Below are positions 21,012 to 31,390 of a stretch of 64,000 nt of DNA, piece by piece (position 1 is the first letter of the stretch; every line of letters begins with the position of its first letter). The position numbers and the translations under genes were made by a program. A model generated the notes under the pieces. It was not told the DNA's origin. It was given only the letters and a program-made list of their open reading frames with translations, and did no database searches. The DNA comes from Sumerlaeia bacterium (GTDB taxonomy: Bacteria > Sumerlaeota > Sumerlaeia > SLMS01 > JAHLLQ01), in contig JAVJSW010000065.1 of assembly GCA_040219255.1 (NCBI GenBank), positions 1-64,000 on the forward strand. Reading direction: 5' to 3'.

Positions 21012-22006
21012 CCGAGTCCGGAAAGAGCCTTACCTACGCGGATGCCGGCGTTTCCATCGAGGAAGGCGATGCCTTCGCGGCGCGCCTGTCCAAACTGAAC
21101 CCCGCCATCGGCGGCTTCAGCGGAGCCTTCCCGCTCAATGTGGCGGGGATGAAAAAGCCTATGCTCGTCGCCGGCACCGATGGCGTCGGGACGAAACTGC
21201 TGCTGGCGCGCAAGATGGGCGTCCTCGACACCATCGGAATCGACCTCGTCGCCATGGTGGTGAACGACCTGCTGGTCTGCGGGGCGAAGCCGTTGTTCTT
21301 CCTCGATTACTACGCCGTGGGGAAACTCGTCGCGGACGAAGCCGACGCCATCGTGCGGGGCATCGTGTCGGGCTGCACGGAAGCGTCGATCCCGCTGATC
21401 GGCGGCGAAACGGCGGAAATGCCCGGGCTCTATGAGGCGGGCGATTTCGACCTCGCCGGCTTCGGTGTGGGCCTGGTCGATGGCGAAGCCATCATCGACG
21501 GCTCCACCGTGACCGAAGGCGACGTGCTGATCGGTCTGCCCAGCAGCGGCGTCCACAGCAACGGCTACACCCTGGTGCGCCGCATCATGGAGCACGCCGG
21601 GCTCGACATGACGACCGAGTACCCGGAAATCCAGGGCGTCCTGGGCGAAGTTCTGCTGCGGCCGACGCGGATTTACGCCCGGGCGGTCGCCGGGCTTCTG
21701 GCTCTCGGCCCGCGCCCCAAAGCCATGTGCCACATCACGGGCGGCGGACTTGTGGGCAATCTGCCGCGGGTTCTGCCGAAGAACCTGAGGGCGGCGGTGG
21801 ACTACGCTTCCTGGAACCGGCCGGCGATTTTCCCGTTCCTGCAACGCCACGGTGGCGTGGCGGAGGAGGAAATGCGGCGCGTGTTCAATCTGGGCATCGG
21901 CTACGTGTTCGTGATGGCGGCGGCGGAGGCGGATGAGGCGATGAGGGTTCTGCGCGAGCGAGGGGAGACGCCGGTGCGAATGGGCCGAATCGAAGCGGCC
22001 GGCTAG
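21008..22006 (+). CDS. purM: Phosphoribosylformylglycinamidine cyclo-ligase
   Basis: GTG start overlaps the purF stop. YADAGV, TDGVGTK, GGETAEMPG, SSGVHSNG, HITGGG, FNLGIG. Confidence 0.96.
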   Translation: MTESGKSLTYADAGVSIEEGDAFAARLSKLNPAIGGFSGAFPLNVAGMKKPMLVAGTDGVGTKLLLARKMGVLDTIGIDLVAMVVNDLLVCGAKPLFFLDYYAVGKLVADEADAIVRGIVSGCTEASIPLIGGETAEMPGLYEAGDFDLAGFGVGLVDGEAIIDGSTVTEGDVLIGLPSSGVHSNGYTLVRRIMEHAGLDMTTEYPEIQGVLGEVLLRPTRIYARAVAGLLALGPRPKAMCHITGGGLVGNLPRVLPKNLRAAVDYASWNRPAIFPFLQRHGGVAEEEMRRVFNLGIGYVFVMAAAEADEAMRVLRERGETPVRMGRIEAAG

Positions 22007-22193
22007 GACATGGGCCAAGGCCAGGATTTTTCTTTGATTTTTCCCAAGGTCGATAATTTTTCATTTCATATCGAAAAGACTCCTTGGCCCTAAGGACGCT
22101 ATGGGTTAATCGGAATGGTCCCGAAAGTGATGCTGGCTCTGCCGAGCAGAACCGCTGACCGGGCCGTCACGAGTCTAACGCGAAGGCGAACGA

Positions 22194-25100
22194 GTGAGCC
22201 CCGACTCCTACTCCGCCAAGCCGGACGATGAAATGCTGCCCCCCGATCCGATGGATTCGATGGGGTTGAAGCAATTCTATGCCGTGTCGGACCCGGAAAA
22301 AACCGTGGTGGACGCGCTCTCGACGCCTCTGCCGCCGCTCGACAGCGGCGAGGCGGAGGAAACGCCGCTGTCGATGTGGCACATCCAGCGCGACTGGGGC
22401 CACGAGCGCGAGGAAACGCCGCTGCCGCCAGACACGACGCTGCCATCGGGGGACTTGAACCCGCAGTACATCCTGGGCCGGATGATTGGCCGGGGCGGAA
22501 TCGGCGAAATTTGGGAAGCGAAGCAGACGTCGCTGGGGCGGATCGTGGCGGTCAAACGATTGCGCCCCGAGGTCCTGAAGCCTTCCGGCAGGAAGACCGA
22601 CGACACCAAAACCCGGGCCTACGAGCAGCTTTTCCGCCTCGAGGCGCTGAACGCGGGACGCCTTGAGCATCCCAACATCGTCCCCGTTTACGACTTGGGC
22701 ATCGACTCGGATGGCAGCCCCCTGATGGCCATGAAGCTGGTCCGGGGGCGATCGTGGCAGCGGATCATCGACGAGGAATTCGGCGAAACGATCGCGACCG
22801 AATTCCTGGCGCGCCATCTGCCCATCCTGGTCGATGTGGCCCACGCGGTGGCTTATGCCCATTCGCGCTGCATTATCCACCGGGACCTGAAACCGAGCCA
22901 GGTGATGATCGGCGATTACGGCGAAGTGATGCTGATGGACTGGGGTCTGGCGATGAAGTTCGACCCGGACCTGAGACGCCGGGCGGATCTGAGTCCTGCC
23001 ACGCCGGAGCCCGAAGCGCGCGCCGCGAGCGCCGCCCAGGGTCAGTCTCTGCCGTCCGGAACGCCCGCCTATATGGCGCCGGAGCAAACCTACCCGGAGA
23101 AAGAGCGGCTCGGGCCCTGGACGGACGTCTATCTGCTGGGCGGCATTCTGTACACGATGCTGACGGGTAAGCCGCCGCACGACGGCAAGAAGACGCGCGA
23201 CGCGTTCCTGCAGGCGCGCCGGGGGATTGTCCGCCCCTTCGCGGAGTCGGCGCCGGACCGCGAAATCCCGCCCGAGTTGGGGCGTCTTTGCCTCGGTGCC
23301 CTCGCCCCCGAACCGATCGACCGGCCGGCGAGCGTCCAGGCCTTCATCGCCGCGCTGCAGGACTATCAGACGGGTGCGTCGCGCCGCCGCGAGTCGCAGG
23401 AACTGGTCGAGGAAGTGCGCCTGGGCATGGACCTGATCACCAGCAGTTACGCCGACGCCGCCACCGCGATCAATCAATTGGAGCAGGCTCGTCTTCTCTG
23501 GCCGGAAAATCCCGGCGTCGAACCCCTCCGCCAGCGCCTCCTGTTCACCTACGCCAACGCGGCGCTGGCGAACGACGATCTGGTGCTGGCTTCGGTGCAG
23601 GCCGAGTCCCTGGCTGACGGCGAGGAGAGGCGGTTCCTTCTGCAGCGGATCGCGAAGCTGGCGAAGGAGAAGGAGGAGCGGGCGGAAATGCTGGAGGGGG
23701 CGCTGCGGCAGGCCCGCGAGGAGCGGGCCCGGGCGGAAGATTTGATGAGTTTCATGATGCGCGATCTGCACAAAGCGCTGAAGACCATGGGCCGGCTCGA
23801 GTTGCTGGAGCAAATCGCCAACAAGTCGGTGGATTACTACGAGTCCCTGCCGAAATCCGGGCCGGATGGCGAGACGCTGGTGAAACGCGCCCAGGCGCTG
23901 GAGAACATCGGCGAAGTTCTGGAGGATCGGGGGAATCTGCGCCAGGCCCTGCGCACCTATCAGGACCTGCGCGATCTGGCGAAGTGTGGCGTGGGAAACA
24001 ACCCCGGGAGCGAAGTCTGGCAGAGCCAGTTGGCCGGCGCCTGCGCCCGCATGGGCCAGGTGCTCTACGAGCAGCGCAATCTCGACGAAGCGCTGACCGC
24101 CCATTGCGAAGCGCTGGCTCTGCGTCAGGCTCTGGCCCACGCCCACCCCGAGGATCCGCGGGCCCACGACGAACTGGCGAGCATCCATTCCAAACTCGGG
24201 TCGGTGTACTGGCGAATCGGCGACCTCCGCAAATCGCTGAATCATCACCGTTCGGCCATCAACCTGCTGGAACGGCTGTCGGAGGAATACCCGGAAGTTC
24301 CCGAATGGAGCGATCACCTGGCGGGGGCCCTGAATGCGATCGCGGTGACCTACACCTCTTCGGAGCTTCTGGAGGAGGCGGCGCAAGCCTACACGCGCAG
24401 CATTCTGCTGCGCCAATCGCTGGCGCGCCGGGAACCGGACAACATGCCGATGCTGCGGGGGCTGGCCTGGTCCTTCAGCAGCCTGGGGCATTTGAAGGCG
24501 CGGCTGGGTGATTACGGCGAGGCGGAGGAATTCTATCAGGCTTCGCGCCGGATCCTGGACGATCTGGTGGAGAAGGATTTACGCAACGACCGGCTTCAAC
24601 GGGAGCTGGCCTGGCTCCTCGGTTCGATGGCGGAAATGCGGCGCTGTCAGGGCAAGACGGCCGAGGGCATTCAGTTGGCTCAGACGGCGGTGGCGATGCA
24701 GCGGCGCCTCGCCCAGGAGCACCCGACATTCATGAGCCTGCGCTACGAACTTGGCTGGGCGACGCATCTGCTAGGGCAATTGCTCACGGAAGAAGGAATC
24801 TACGACGAGGCGCTCAAGACGTTCCAGCAGGCCTGGGTTCTTCGGCTGGAGACGCTGGAGAAGCGGCCCAAGGAGCACCGCAACCGTTACTATGTGCATG
24901 AAACGGAGGTGCAAATGGGGCGGCTGCTGGCCAAGCAGGGCCGCATCGCGGACGCGAGGAACTATTGGCTGCGGGCGGTTCGGGAACTGGCGCCAGAGGT
25001 CCAAAGCCAGGACCCGCCGAACCGCGTGGCGGTGGATGTGCTGATCCAGGCGCACTTGCTCCTGGACCAGATCGGGGAGGCGCAGAAGCTGCTGCGGCCG

Positions 25101-25226
25101 CTTCTGACACTGGGCCACCAAAACCCGGATTTGTGGAATCTGGTGAGCGAGAAGGATGCCATGCCGGCCGACACGGAACCTCCTGGGCCGGACGACGAAC
25201 TTCAGTTTCCCTTCAACAAGTGGTAA
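22194..25226 (+). CDS. Hanks-type Ser/Thr protein kinase with a C-terminal TPR array
   Basis: GRGGIG, VAVK, HPNIV, HRDLKPSQ, DWGLA, GTPAYMAPEQ, DVYLLG, then TPR-like repeats. Confidence 0.92.
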   Translation: MSPDSYSAKPDDEMLPPDPMDSMGLKQFYAVSDPEKTVVDALSTPLPPLDSGEAEETPLSMWHIQRDWGHEREETPLPPDTTLPSGDLNPQYILGRMIGRGGIGEIWEAKQTSLGRIVAVKRLRPEVLKPSGRKTDDTKTRAYEQLFRLEALNAGRLEHPNIVPVYDLGIDSDGSPLMAMKLVRGRSWQRIIDEEFGETIATEFLARHLPILVDVAHAVAYAHSRCIIHRDLKPSQVMIGDYGEVMLMDWGLAMKFDPDLRRRADLSPATPEPEARAASAAQGQSLPSGTPAYMAPEQTYPEKERLGPWTDVYLLGGILYTMLTGKPPHDGKKTRDAFLQARRGIVRPFAESAPDREIPPELGRLCLGALAPEPIDRPASVQAFIAALQDYQTGASRRRESQELVEEVRLGMDLITSSYADAATAINQLEQARLLWPENPGVEPLRQRLLFTYANAALANDDLVLASVQAESLADGEERRFLLQRIAKLAKEKEERAEMLEGALRQAREERARAEDLMSFMMRDLHKALKTMGRLELLEQIANKSVDYYESLPKSGPDGETLVKRAQALENIGEVLEDRGNLRQALRTYQDLRDLAKCGVGNNPGSEVWQSQLAGACARMGQVLYEQRNLDEALTAHCEALALRQALAHAHPEDPRAHDELASIHSKLGSVYWRIGDLRKSLNHHRSAINLLERLSEEYPEVPEWSDHLAGALNAIAVTYTSSELLEEAAQAYTRSILLRQSLARREPDNMPMLRGLAWSFSSLGHLKARLGDYGEAEEFYQASRRILDDLVEKDLRNDRLQRELAWLLGSMAEMRRCQGKTAEGIQLAQTAVAMQRRLAQEHPTFMSLRYELGWATHLLGQLLTEEGIYDEALKTFQQAWVLRLETLEKRPKEHRNRYYVHETEVQMGRLLAKQGRIADARNYWLRAVRELAPEVQSQDPPNRVAVDVLIQAHLLLDQIGEAQKLLRPLLTLGHQNPDLWNLVSEKDAMPADTEPPGPDDELQFPFNKW

Positions 25227-25594
25227 CGGCCGCGAGCGGCTTCCGAGACTTCAACGGATTCCGCCCCGAGACCATATCGCAGAACAGCCAGAGCGTTGCG
25301 CGGTTCGCAGGTTGGGCCGCAGGTGAACAGGTCGGCGGCGGCGAATCGGTGCTCGGGCCAGGTGTGGATGGCGAGATGGCTTTCCGCCAGCAATGCGACA
25401 GCGGTGAGGCCGTGGGGCGAGAAGGCATGGCTCGACACGCTGAGGACGGTGGCTCCGGCGGCGGCGGCGGCCTGGCGGAGGAGAGCCTCGATGGCCGCGG
25501 GATCGTTGAGGCCAGCGGCCGCGCAGCCGTGGAAGTCCATCAGCCAATGATGGCCGAGGGGCGGAATGGCGGTGGCGGTCGGCGAATCTTCCAT
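25202..25594 (-). CDS. speD: S-adenosylmethionine decarboxylase proenzyme
   Basis: LGHH, LLAESHLAIHTWPE, DLFTCG. Confidence 0.9.
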   Translation of the reverse strand: MEDSPTATAIPPLGHHWLMDFHGCAAAGLNDPAAIEALLRQAAAAAGATVLSVSSHAFSPHGLTAVALLAESHLAIHTWPEHRFAAADLFTCGPTCEPRNALAVLRYGLGAESVEVSEAARGRYHLLKGN

Positions 25595-25670
25595 AATGGA
25601 GAAGGCTAGCGCGGGGGCGGCGGGGTCTCAAGCGGCCATTTCGCCCTTATCCCGTCCGCCCCCGGTTGGC

Positions 25671-27536
25671 CTAATAGGTGAAGCATGAGCCGCCGATGAA
25701 CTCGCGGAGGAGTGAGTGGCGGGGGACGAAGTCGGCTTCGACGTCGCGGAAATAACTCAGGAATTTCATGAGGCGGGCCGCTTCGCTGAATTCCGGGTGG
25801 GTGCGCTTCACCTGACGGAGGACGGGGATGGCGAACTGTTTGAGAAGGGCCACTTCGTAGGGCAGGGCGGAGTTGAAAATGTAGTCCGCGTTGCCTTGAT
25901 AGGGGAAGATGTTGACCTCTTCGCCGCGTCGCACGGAGGGCCACCGCTGGAGGGTTTCGACGGCGGCGTAGCCCCGGTAGTGGAAGTCGCGGACGAGGCG
26001 CCGCAGAAGCCGCGAGTCGCCCGAGGAGATGCGATTGTGGTCGTCGATGTTGAGGTGCGTCAGAGGCGAGGCGTAGATCTTGAATTTAAGCCCGTCCGGG
26101 ATGGTCGGCAGGAGGGCGTCGTTGAGGGCGTGGATGCCTTCCATGAGGATGATTTCGTTGGAGCCGAGGCTGATCTGGCGGCCTGGAAAACTGCGGCCTT
26201 TTTGGAAGTTGAACTTCGGCAGCGTGACGGTCTTGCCCTTCAGGAGGTCGCGCACGACGGCCTGGAGGCGGTTGACGTCGATGGCGCCGAGGCTCTCGAA
26301 GTCGTATTCGCCGGCTTCGTCGCGGGGCGTCTCGTCGCGGTCGACGAAGAAGTCGTCGAGGTTGATGACCACCGGGCGGATGCCGATAACGCGCAGTTGG
26401 ATGGCCAGGCGTTTGATGGAGGTGGTCTTACCGGAGGCGGAGGGCCCGGAGAGAAGGACGATTTTGGGGTCTCGGTCGCCGATGAGGTCGGCGACTTCGG
26501 CGAGTTTTTTCTCATGCAGAGCTTCGGCGATCAGCATGTATTCGCGGACTTCACCGTTTTCGATGAGCTTGTTGAGGTCCGGAACGGTGCGCCATTCAAG
26601 GATCTGCTGCCAGGATTCGTATTCTTCGAGGACGGCGAACATTTTGGCCTGGTGTTTGTACGGGGGCATTTCGCGGGGTTTCGTGCGGCTTGGGAATCGC
26701 AGGACGAAACCGGGCTCGAGCGGCTTGAGTTCGAACACGTTGAGCACACCGGTACTGGGCGCCAACTGGCCGTAGAAGTGATTGATCGATTGGCCGCAGG
26801 TGTAGATCGAAACGTTGTCGTCTTCGCTGTACTTCAGGAGCTGGACTTTGTCGAGCATGCCGGCCTTGCGGAAGATCTCCGTGGCCTTCTTGATCGGATA
26901 CTCGGCCCGGGTGATCGGTTCGTCGGCGGCGATGATGGCGCGCATGCGGGCCTCGATCTGGGCGATGTCCTTCTCGTCGGTCTGGACCGGGTCTTCGCCT
27001 GCCATTTCGTGGCAGTACAGTTCGCAGTAATAGCCCTGGTCGATGGAATGGTTGATATAGACGCGCATGTCGGGAAAGAGTTCGGTGACGGCGCGAATCA
27101 GAACGAATGTCAGGGAGCGGCGGTAAATCAGGGCGCCGTCGCGCGTGCCCAGATGGACGGGGGCGAGCAAGCCGCTCTTGTCCAGCGGCCGGTCCAGCGA
27201 GGTGACTTTGTTGCGGAAGCGCGCCGCCACGACGGGATAGGGGGCGGCGATTTCATCCATCAGGACCTTGACCGGCGTGTTCTTGGGAACGCTGCGTTTC
27301 GACCCATCGGGCAGGGTGATGCGCACGGCTTCGGACTTGGGGGCCTTCACGCCGAATTTGCCGGCCGCCTTGCGTTCGACCTTCTTCGCGATGGCCGGTT
27401 TCGCTTCCGGCGGCGGGGTGGGTTCGGCGTCGGCGGTGGCGGTGCCATGGCCGTTGAGCGGCTCTTCGGCCGGGTCGATGGAGTCTGGGGAGTGGGGTTT
27501 CTTCTTTGGCACGGCGGCGTCCTTTGGCCGAAACAT
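25671..27536 (-). CDS. Nucleoside (uridine) kinase fused to ThrRS N-terminal-like domains
   Basis: TGS-like ITLPDGS, YRRSL, P-loop SGPSASGKTT, LDDFF, RRLVRD, WPSVRRGE. Confidence 0.88.
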   Translation of the reverse strand: MFRPKDAAVPKKKPHSPDSIDPAEEPLNGHGTATADAEPTPPPEAKPAIAKKVERKAAGKFGVKAPKSEAVRITLPDGSKRSVPKNTPVKVLMDEIAAPYPVVAARFRNKVTSLDRPLDKSGLLAPVHLGTRDGALIYRRSLTFVLIRAVTELFPDMRVYINHSIDQGYYCELYCHEMAGEDPVQTDEKDIAQIEARMRAIIAADEPITRAEYPIKKATEIFRKAGMLDKVQLLKYSEDDNVSIYTCGQSINHFYGQLAPSTGVLNVFELKPLEPGFVLRFPSRTKPREMPPYKHQAKMFAVLEEYESWQQILEWRTVPDLNKLIENGEVREYMLIAEALHEKKLAEVADLIGDRDPKIVLLSGPSASGKTTSIKRLAIQLRVIGIRPVVINLDDFFVDRDETPRDEAGEYDFESLGAIDVNRLQAVVRDLLKGKTVTLPKFNFQKGRSFPGRQISLGSNEIILMEGIHALNDALLPTIPDGLKFKIYASPLTHLNIDDHNRISSGDSRLLRRLVRDFHYRGYAAVETLQRWPSVRRGEEVNIFPYQGNADYIFNSALPYEVALLKQFAIPVLRQVKRTHPEFSEAARLMKFLSYFRDVEADFVPRHSLLREFIGGSCFTY

Positions 27537-27550
27537 TACATCACATGCGC

Positions 27551-28432
27551 TCAATTGAGCATCGTGAGAAATTGAAGAGAAACCCACGTGCTGTCAATCA
27601 TTTGTGAAACTTCCGCCGGTTCGATGACTTCCGCCCAGATCAAGGCGAAGACCAGCACGCCGACGACGATCCGGTAGGCCCCGAAGGCCTCCAGGCCGAT
27701 CGTCTTGAGGAGGCGCAGGAATCCGGCGATGGCCGCGAGGGCCACGACGAAGCTGACCACGATGCCGACGATCATGACCGTTGGCTCAAAGGCTCCAACG
27801 AGCGCCTCGCGGTCCGAGTAGGCTTTGTAGACCGTTGCCGCACCGAGCGTTGGGATCGCCAGAAGGAAGCTGAAGTCGGCTGCCAGGCTGTTCGTCATGC
27901 CGCGAAGCTGGCCGCCGACGATGGTGCTCATGCTGCGGGACATGCCGGGCCAGAGGGCGAAGCATTGGGCGCACCCGACGACGAAGGCGTCCATCGGTGT
28001 GATGTCTTCGAGGCGCGAGCGGTTGCGCTTCTCGGGGGGCAGCAGGCGCTCGACCACGATCATGACGATTCCGCCGACGATGAGCGCCAGGGCGATCCAG
28101 CCGTCCCAGGACATGAGTGTGTCGATGAAGTCCTCGAAGAGCAAACCGACCACGGCGGCCGGCACGAAGGCGATGAGCAGGTTGAGGATCAGCCGCTGGC
28201 CGTCGCTCTTGGCGACGAAGGCGCCCTTCGCCATTTGCAGCAGCCGCGCATGGTAATAGACCGCCACGGCCATGATCGCGCCGAACTGAATGACGATGGC
28301 GTAAGCGTTGGCGGCTTCGCCGCTGAGGCCCAGCAGGCTGTTGGTGATGAGAAGATGGCCGGTGGAAGAGACGGGCAGGAACTCCGTCAGGCCTTCCACA
28401 ATGCCGAGAATGATCGCGTCGAGGAGAGTCAA
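27551..28432 (-). CDS. uppP: Undecaprenyl-diphosphate phosphatase
   Basis: GIVEGLTEFLPVSSTGH, IQFGA, PGMSRS, FSFLLAIP. Confidence 0.95.
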   Translation of the reverse strand: MTLLDAIILGIVEGLTEFLPVSSTGHLLITNSLLGLSGEAANAYAIVIQFGAIMAVAVYYHARLLQMAKGAFVAKSDGQRLILNLLIAFVPAAVVGLLFEDFIDTLMSWDGWIALALIVGGIVMIVVERLLPPEKRNRSRLEDITPMDAFVVGCAQCFALWPGMSRSMSTIVGGQLRGMTNSLAADFSFLLAIPTLGAATVYKAYSDREALVGAFEPTVMIVGIVVSFVVALAAIAGFLRLLKTIGLEAFGAYRIVVGVLVFALIWAEVIEPAEVSQMIDSTWVSLQFLTMLN

Positions 28433-28544
28433 TGAACCGTTACGTCCCTTTAGAAAATCCGAGTACCGGTGACGTGGGGTGAGGGAGAAGGCACCGCGGG
28501 GTCAAGCGCAAGAGGCGGGGATGACGCGCGGAGGGGCGCGGTTT

Positions 28545-29438
28545 CTAGGCTTCGTGCGTGATCCGTTTGAGCATCTCGACCCGGTTGCCGCAGCCCTCGT
28601 AGTTGAGTTCGTCGAAGAAGGCGCGGGTGAGGAAGATGCCGCGTCCATTGAGGCGGTCGAGGGCTTCGGGGGCGAGCGGGTTGTAATGCTCCTGCCGGCG
28701 GTAGTCGAAGCCTTCCCCTTCGTCCTGCACCACGCATCGAAAGAGATCGCCGGTCAGGGTCAGATCGACGGTGACGCGGCGGGCGGCGAACTGGGGAATG
28801 GCGAGCCGTTCCGCCATCAGCTTTTGCAGGGCGCAATTGGCCAGGGCATCGGACTTTTCTTCGAACCCGATTCCGAGGTTCCCGTGCTCGATCGCGTTGC
28901 GGATCATTTCTTCCAGGCCGAGGTGGAGGCCGCTGATGTCGGCTTCCTGGTGGATTTCCCGGACGGAGCGCAGCAAGTGCTCGACGAGGGGCGTGATAAG
29001 CGGTGTTTCGTTGGGAATGCGGACGGCGACGGAGGTCGAGGTGATGTGGCTGCAAATGCGCTGGGCGTTTTCGCGGCCCTCGACGATGCGATGATAGCGG
29101 TGCAGCAGTTGCTTGAGGTAGTCGGAGTTGATGGGCTTGTTGAGATAGTTGCTGGCGCCATGGCGAAGGGCCTCGACGGCGACTTTCTCACCGCCGTAGC
29201 CGGTGATGAGCACCACCAGAACGTCTCGGTCGATCTTCTTGAGTTCGCACAGAACGCGGATGCCATCGCCCTTGGGGAGGATGAAATCGGTCAGCACCAG
29301 GTGGGGGCGGTATTCCAGGGTTACCTGGACCGCTTCCTCCAGGTGGGAAACGACGCGGGTTCGATGACCTTCGCCCTCGCAAAGAATGCCGAGCATATCG
29401 GCGACGTCTTGAGAATCTTCGACAATCAAAACGCGCAT
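28545..29438 (-). CDS. Response regulator receiver fused to an anti-sigma-type HATPase domain
   Basis: LIVEDS, LTD, TGYG, YLNKP; then EMIRNAIEHGN, DEGEGFD, GRGIFL. Confidence 0.88.
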   Translation of the reverse strand: MRVLIVEDSQDVADMLGILCEGEGHRTRVVSHLEEAVQVTLEYRPHLVLTDFILPKGDGIRVLCELKKIDRDVLVVLITGYGGEKVAVEALRHGASNYLNKPINSDYLKQLLHRYHRIVEGRENAQRICSHITSTSVAVRIPNETPLITPLVEHLLRSVREIHQEADISGLHLGLEEMIRNAIEHGNLGIGFEEKSDALANCALQKLMAERLAIPQFAARRVTVDLTLTGDLFRCVVQDEGEGFDYRRQEHYNPLAPEALDRLNGRGIFLTRAFFDELNYEGCGNRVEMLKRITHEA

Positions 29439-29538
29439 AGGTGGATCGCGGACTCCTGGATACCAGCGAAAGCTTCCTGGGGCATGACGCAGAATAGGCG
29501 TCCGGGCGCTTCCTGGCGCAAGAGAAAGCGAAGTGGAC

Positions 29539-31152
29539 TCAGGGCAGGAATGACTTCAGCAGGAGGGCCAGACCCTGGGCGAAAATCGTCACGGTAATCA
29601 GCGCCACCGGGTAAACGGTGGCGTAGGCGACGGCGGGGACCTGGCTCCTGGCGGTGGAGCTGGCCATGCCGAGGCCGGGGGTGCTGGTCATGGCGCCGCA
29701 AATCAGTCCCATGGTGGTGGCGAGATCGAGCTTCAGCAGGCGTCGCGCGATCAGGTAGGCCGTCATCAGCGGCACGAAGGCCATGATGGCGGCCGCGAGG
29801 AGAAGCAGTGGGCCTTGAGACAGAAGGACTTGCACGAAGTCGGCGCCGGCGCTGGTGCCTGTGGTGGCGAGGAAGAGGAGCAGGCCGGCTTCGCGCAGGA
29901 GAAATTGGGCCGCCGCGGGGACGCGGAAGCTGAGCGGACCGATGCGGCCGACCTTTCCGATGAGCAAGGCGACCAAGAGCGGCCCGCCGGCCGCGCCCAG
30001 CTTGACGGTGATGTCGCCGGGCAAGTGCAACGGAATCAACCCCACGAGAACGCCCGCCAGCAGCCCCATGGCGAGGGTGACGAAGGGCGTTTCGTTGAGC
30101 CGTTCTTCATTGGCGCCGACAATGGGAACAAAGCGATCGCAATCGAGCGGCGCACCGGCGATACGGATCGTGTCCCCAAGTTCGAGCGTCGTGCTGGCGC
30201 GGGGGGCGAATTCCATGTCGTCGCGGAACAGGCGGGTGATGGTGACGCCATAGGTCTGGCGGATCGCCAGTTCGCGCAAGGTCTTGCCCGCCACGGCGTC
30301 CTGGCTGACGACGACGGTGCGGGTCTCGACTTCGCTGGAGGATTCGACGGCGATTTCGACGGGCGGGCCGATGAGGAACTCCATCCGGCCGATTTCTTCC
30401 TGCTTGCCGACGACGCGGAGTTTGTCGCCTAAGGCGAAGACGGTGTCGCTGTGGACCGGTAAGGCGTGATCGCCGCGAAAGAGGCGTGTCAGGTTCACAT
30501 CGGAGCGATTGATTTCGTCGAAGTCGGCGGCGGTCTTGCCGCTGAGCTGAGGATTGCGAAGCTCGAAGTGGGCAATGACCAGTGAGGGCGAGCGCTGGGC
30601 CGCCTCGACGGTTTTGGCTTCGGCGGCGAGGTCTTTCTTGAGAATCTTCGGCACCGCCTGAACGAACAAGACAACGCCGAGAATACCAAAGGGATAGGCA
30701 ATGCCATAGCCCACGGCGACGGAGGGATCGTTGAGGGCTTCCCGGGCCGCGGCGAGGCCCGGCGTGGTGGTCAGGGCTCCGGTGTAGGCGCCGACGGTGA
30801 GGGCGGGACTGATATCGAAGAGCAGTTCGCAGGCGACCGCCGCCACCGCCGCGGAGAAGAGGGTCGCGAGAGCCAGCAGGGCGAAGGAGAGGCCGCGTTT
30901 CTTGAAGGCGTTGAAGAAGCGCGGCCCGGCCTGGATGCCGACGGCGTACACAAACAGGACTACGCCGAGGGTGCTGATGATCGAGGGCAGCCGGACGCCG
31001 AGATGCCCCGCAAGCAAGGCGGCAAAGAGGACGCCGGAAGCACCGAAGGAGATGCCCTTGATCGAGAGACGGCCGAAGAGCAGACCGACGGCGACAATCA
31101 GGAACAGAGCGATGGCGGGCTGGGCGTTGAGGGCTGCGACAAAGGATTCCAA
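29539..31152 (-). CDS. AspT/YidE/YbjL family antiporter with TrkA-C domains
   Basis: LFVYAVG, GALTTTPGL, YPFG, two TrkA-C-like domains, GAMTSTPGL. Confidence 0.9.
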   Translation of the reverse strand: MESFVAALNAQPAIALFLIVAVGLLFGRLSIKGISFGASGVLFAALLAGHLGVRLPSIISTLGVVLFVYAVGIQAGPRFFNAFKKRGLSFALLALATLFSAAVAAVACELLFDISPALTVGAYTGALTTTPGLAAAREALNDPSVAVGYGIAYPFGILGVVLFVQAVPKILKKDLAAEAKTVEAAQRSPSLVIAHFELRNPQLSGKTAADFDEINRSDVNLTRLFRGDHALPVHSDTVFALGDKLRVVGKQEEIGRMEFLIGPPVEIAVESSSEVETRTVVVSQDAVAGKTLRELAIRQTYGVTITRLFRDDMEFAPRASTTLELGDTIRIAGAPLDCDRFVPIVGANEERLNETPFVTLAMGLLAGVLVGLIPLHLPGDITVKLGAAGGPLLVALLIGKVGRIGPLSFRVPAAAQFLLREAGLLLFLATTGTSAGADFVQVLLSQGPLLLLAAAIMAFVPLMTAYLIARRLLKLDLATTMGLICGAMTSTPGLGMASSTARSQVPAVAYATVYPVALITVTIFAQGLALLLKSFLP

Positions 31153-31390
31153 GGGGAAGGGTTGCTCCGGCGGCTCGAATTGAAAAAGGTGATGGCATAG
31201 GCGGCCGAGAGGAGGCTAGGATCAAGGTGTGTCCGAGTTATCCGGTTAGAGCCGGAGTGGCCGGTTTTTAGTAAAGGCGGGGCGGCGATTTTTCCGGCAT
31301 GACCGGAGAAAAGGCTGGCTCCCTGGCTTGAAGTTTGCGCGGTGGGGGCTTTCGCCCCCGAGGCGTGCACGGAAGGACCCTCAGGATTCG

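Noticed and set aside
25202-25226. Convergent 25-bp overlap of the kinase and speD
   Set aside because: Short tail-to-tail overlaps are common in compact high-GC genomes.
25671-27536. ThrRS-like/uridine kinase fusion as a novelty
   Set aside because: A known, widespread architecture.
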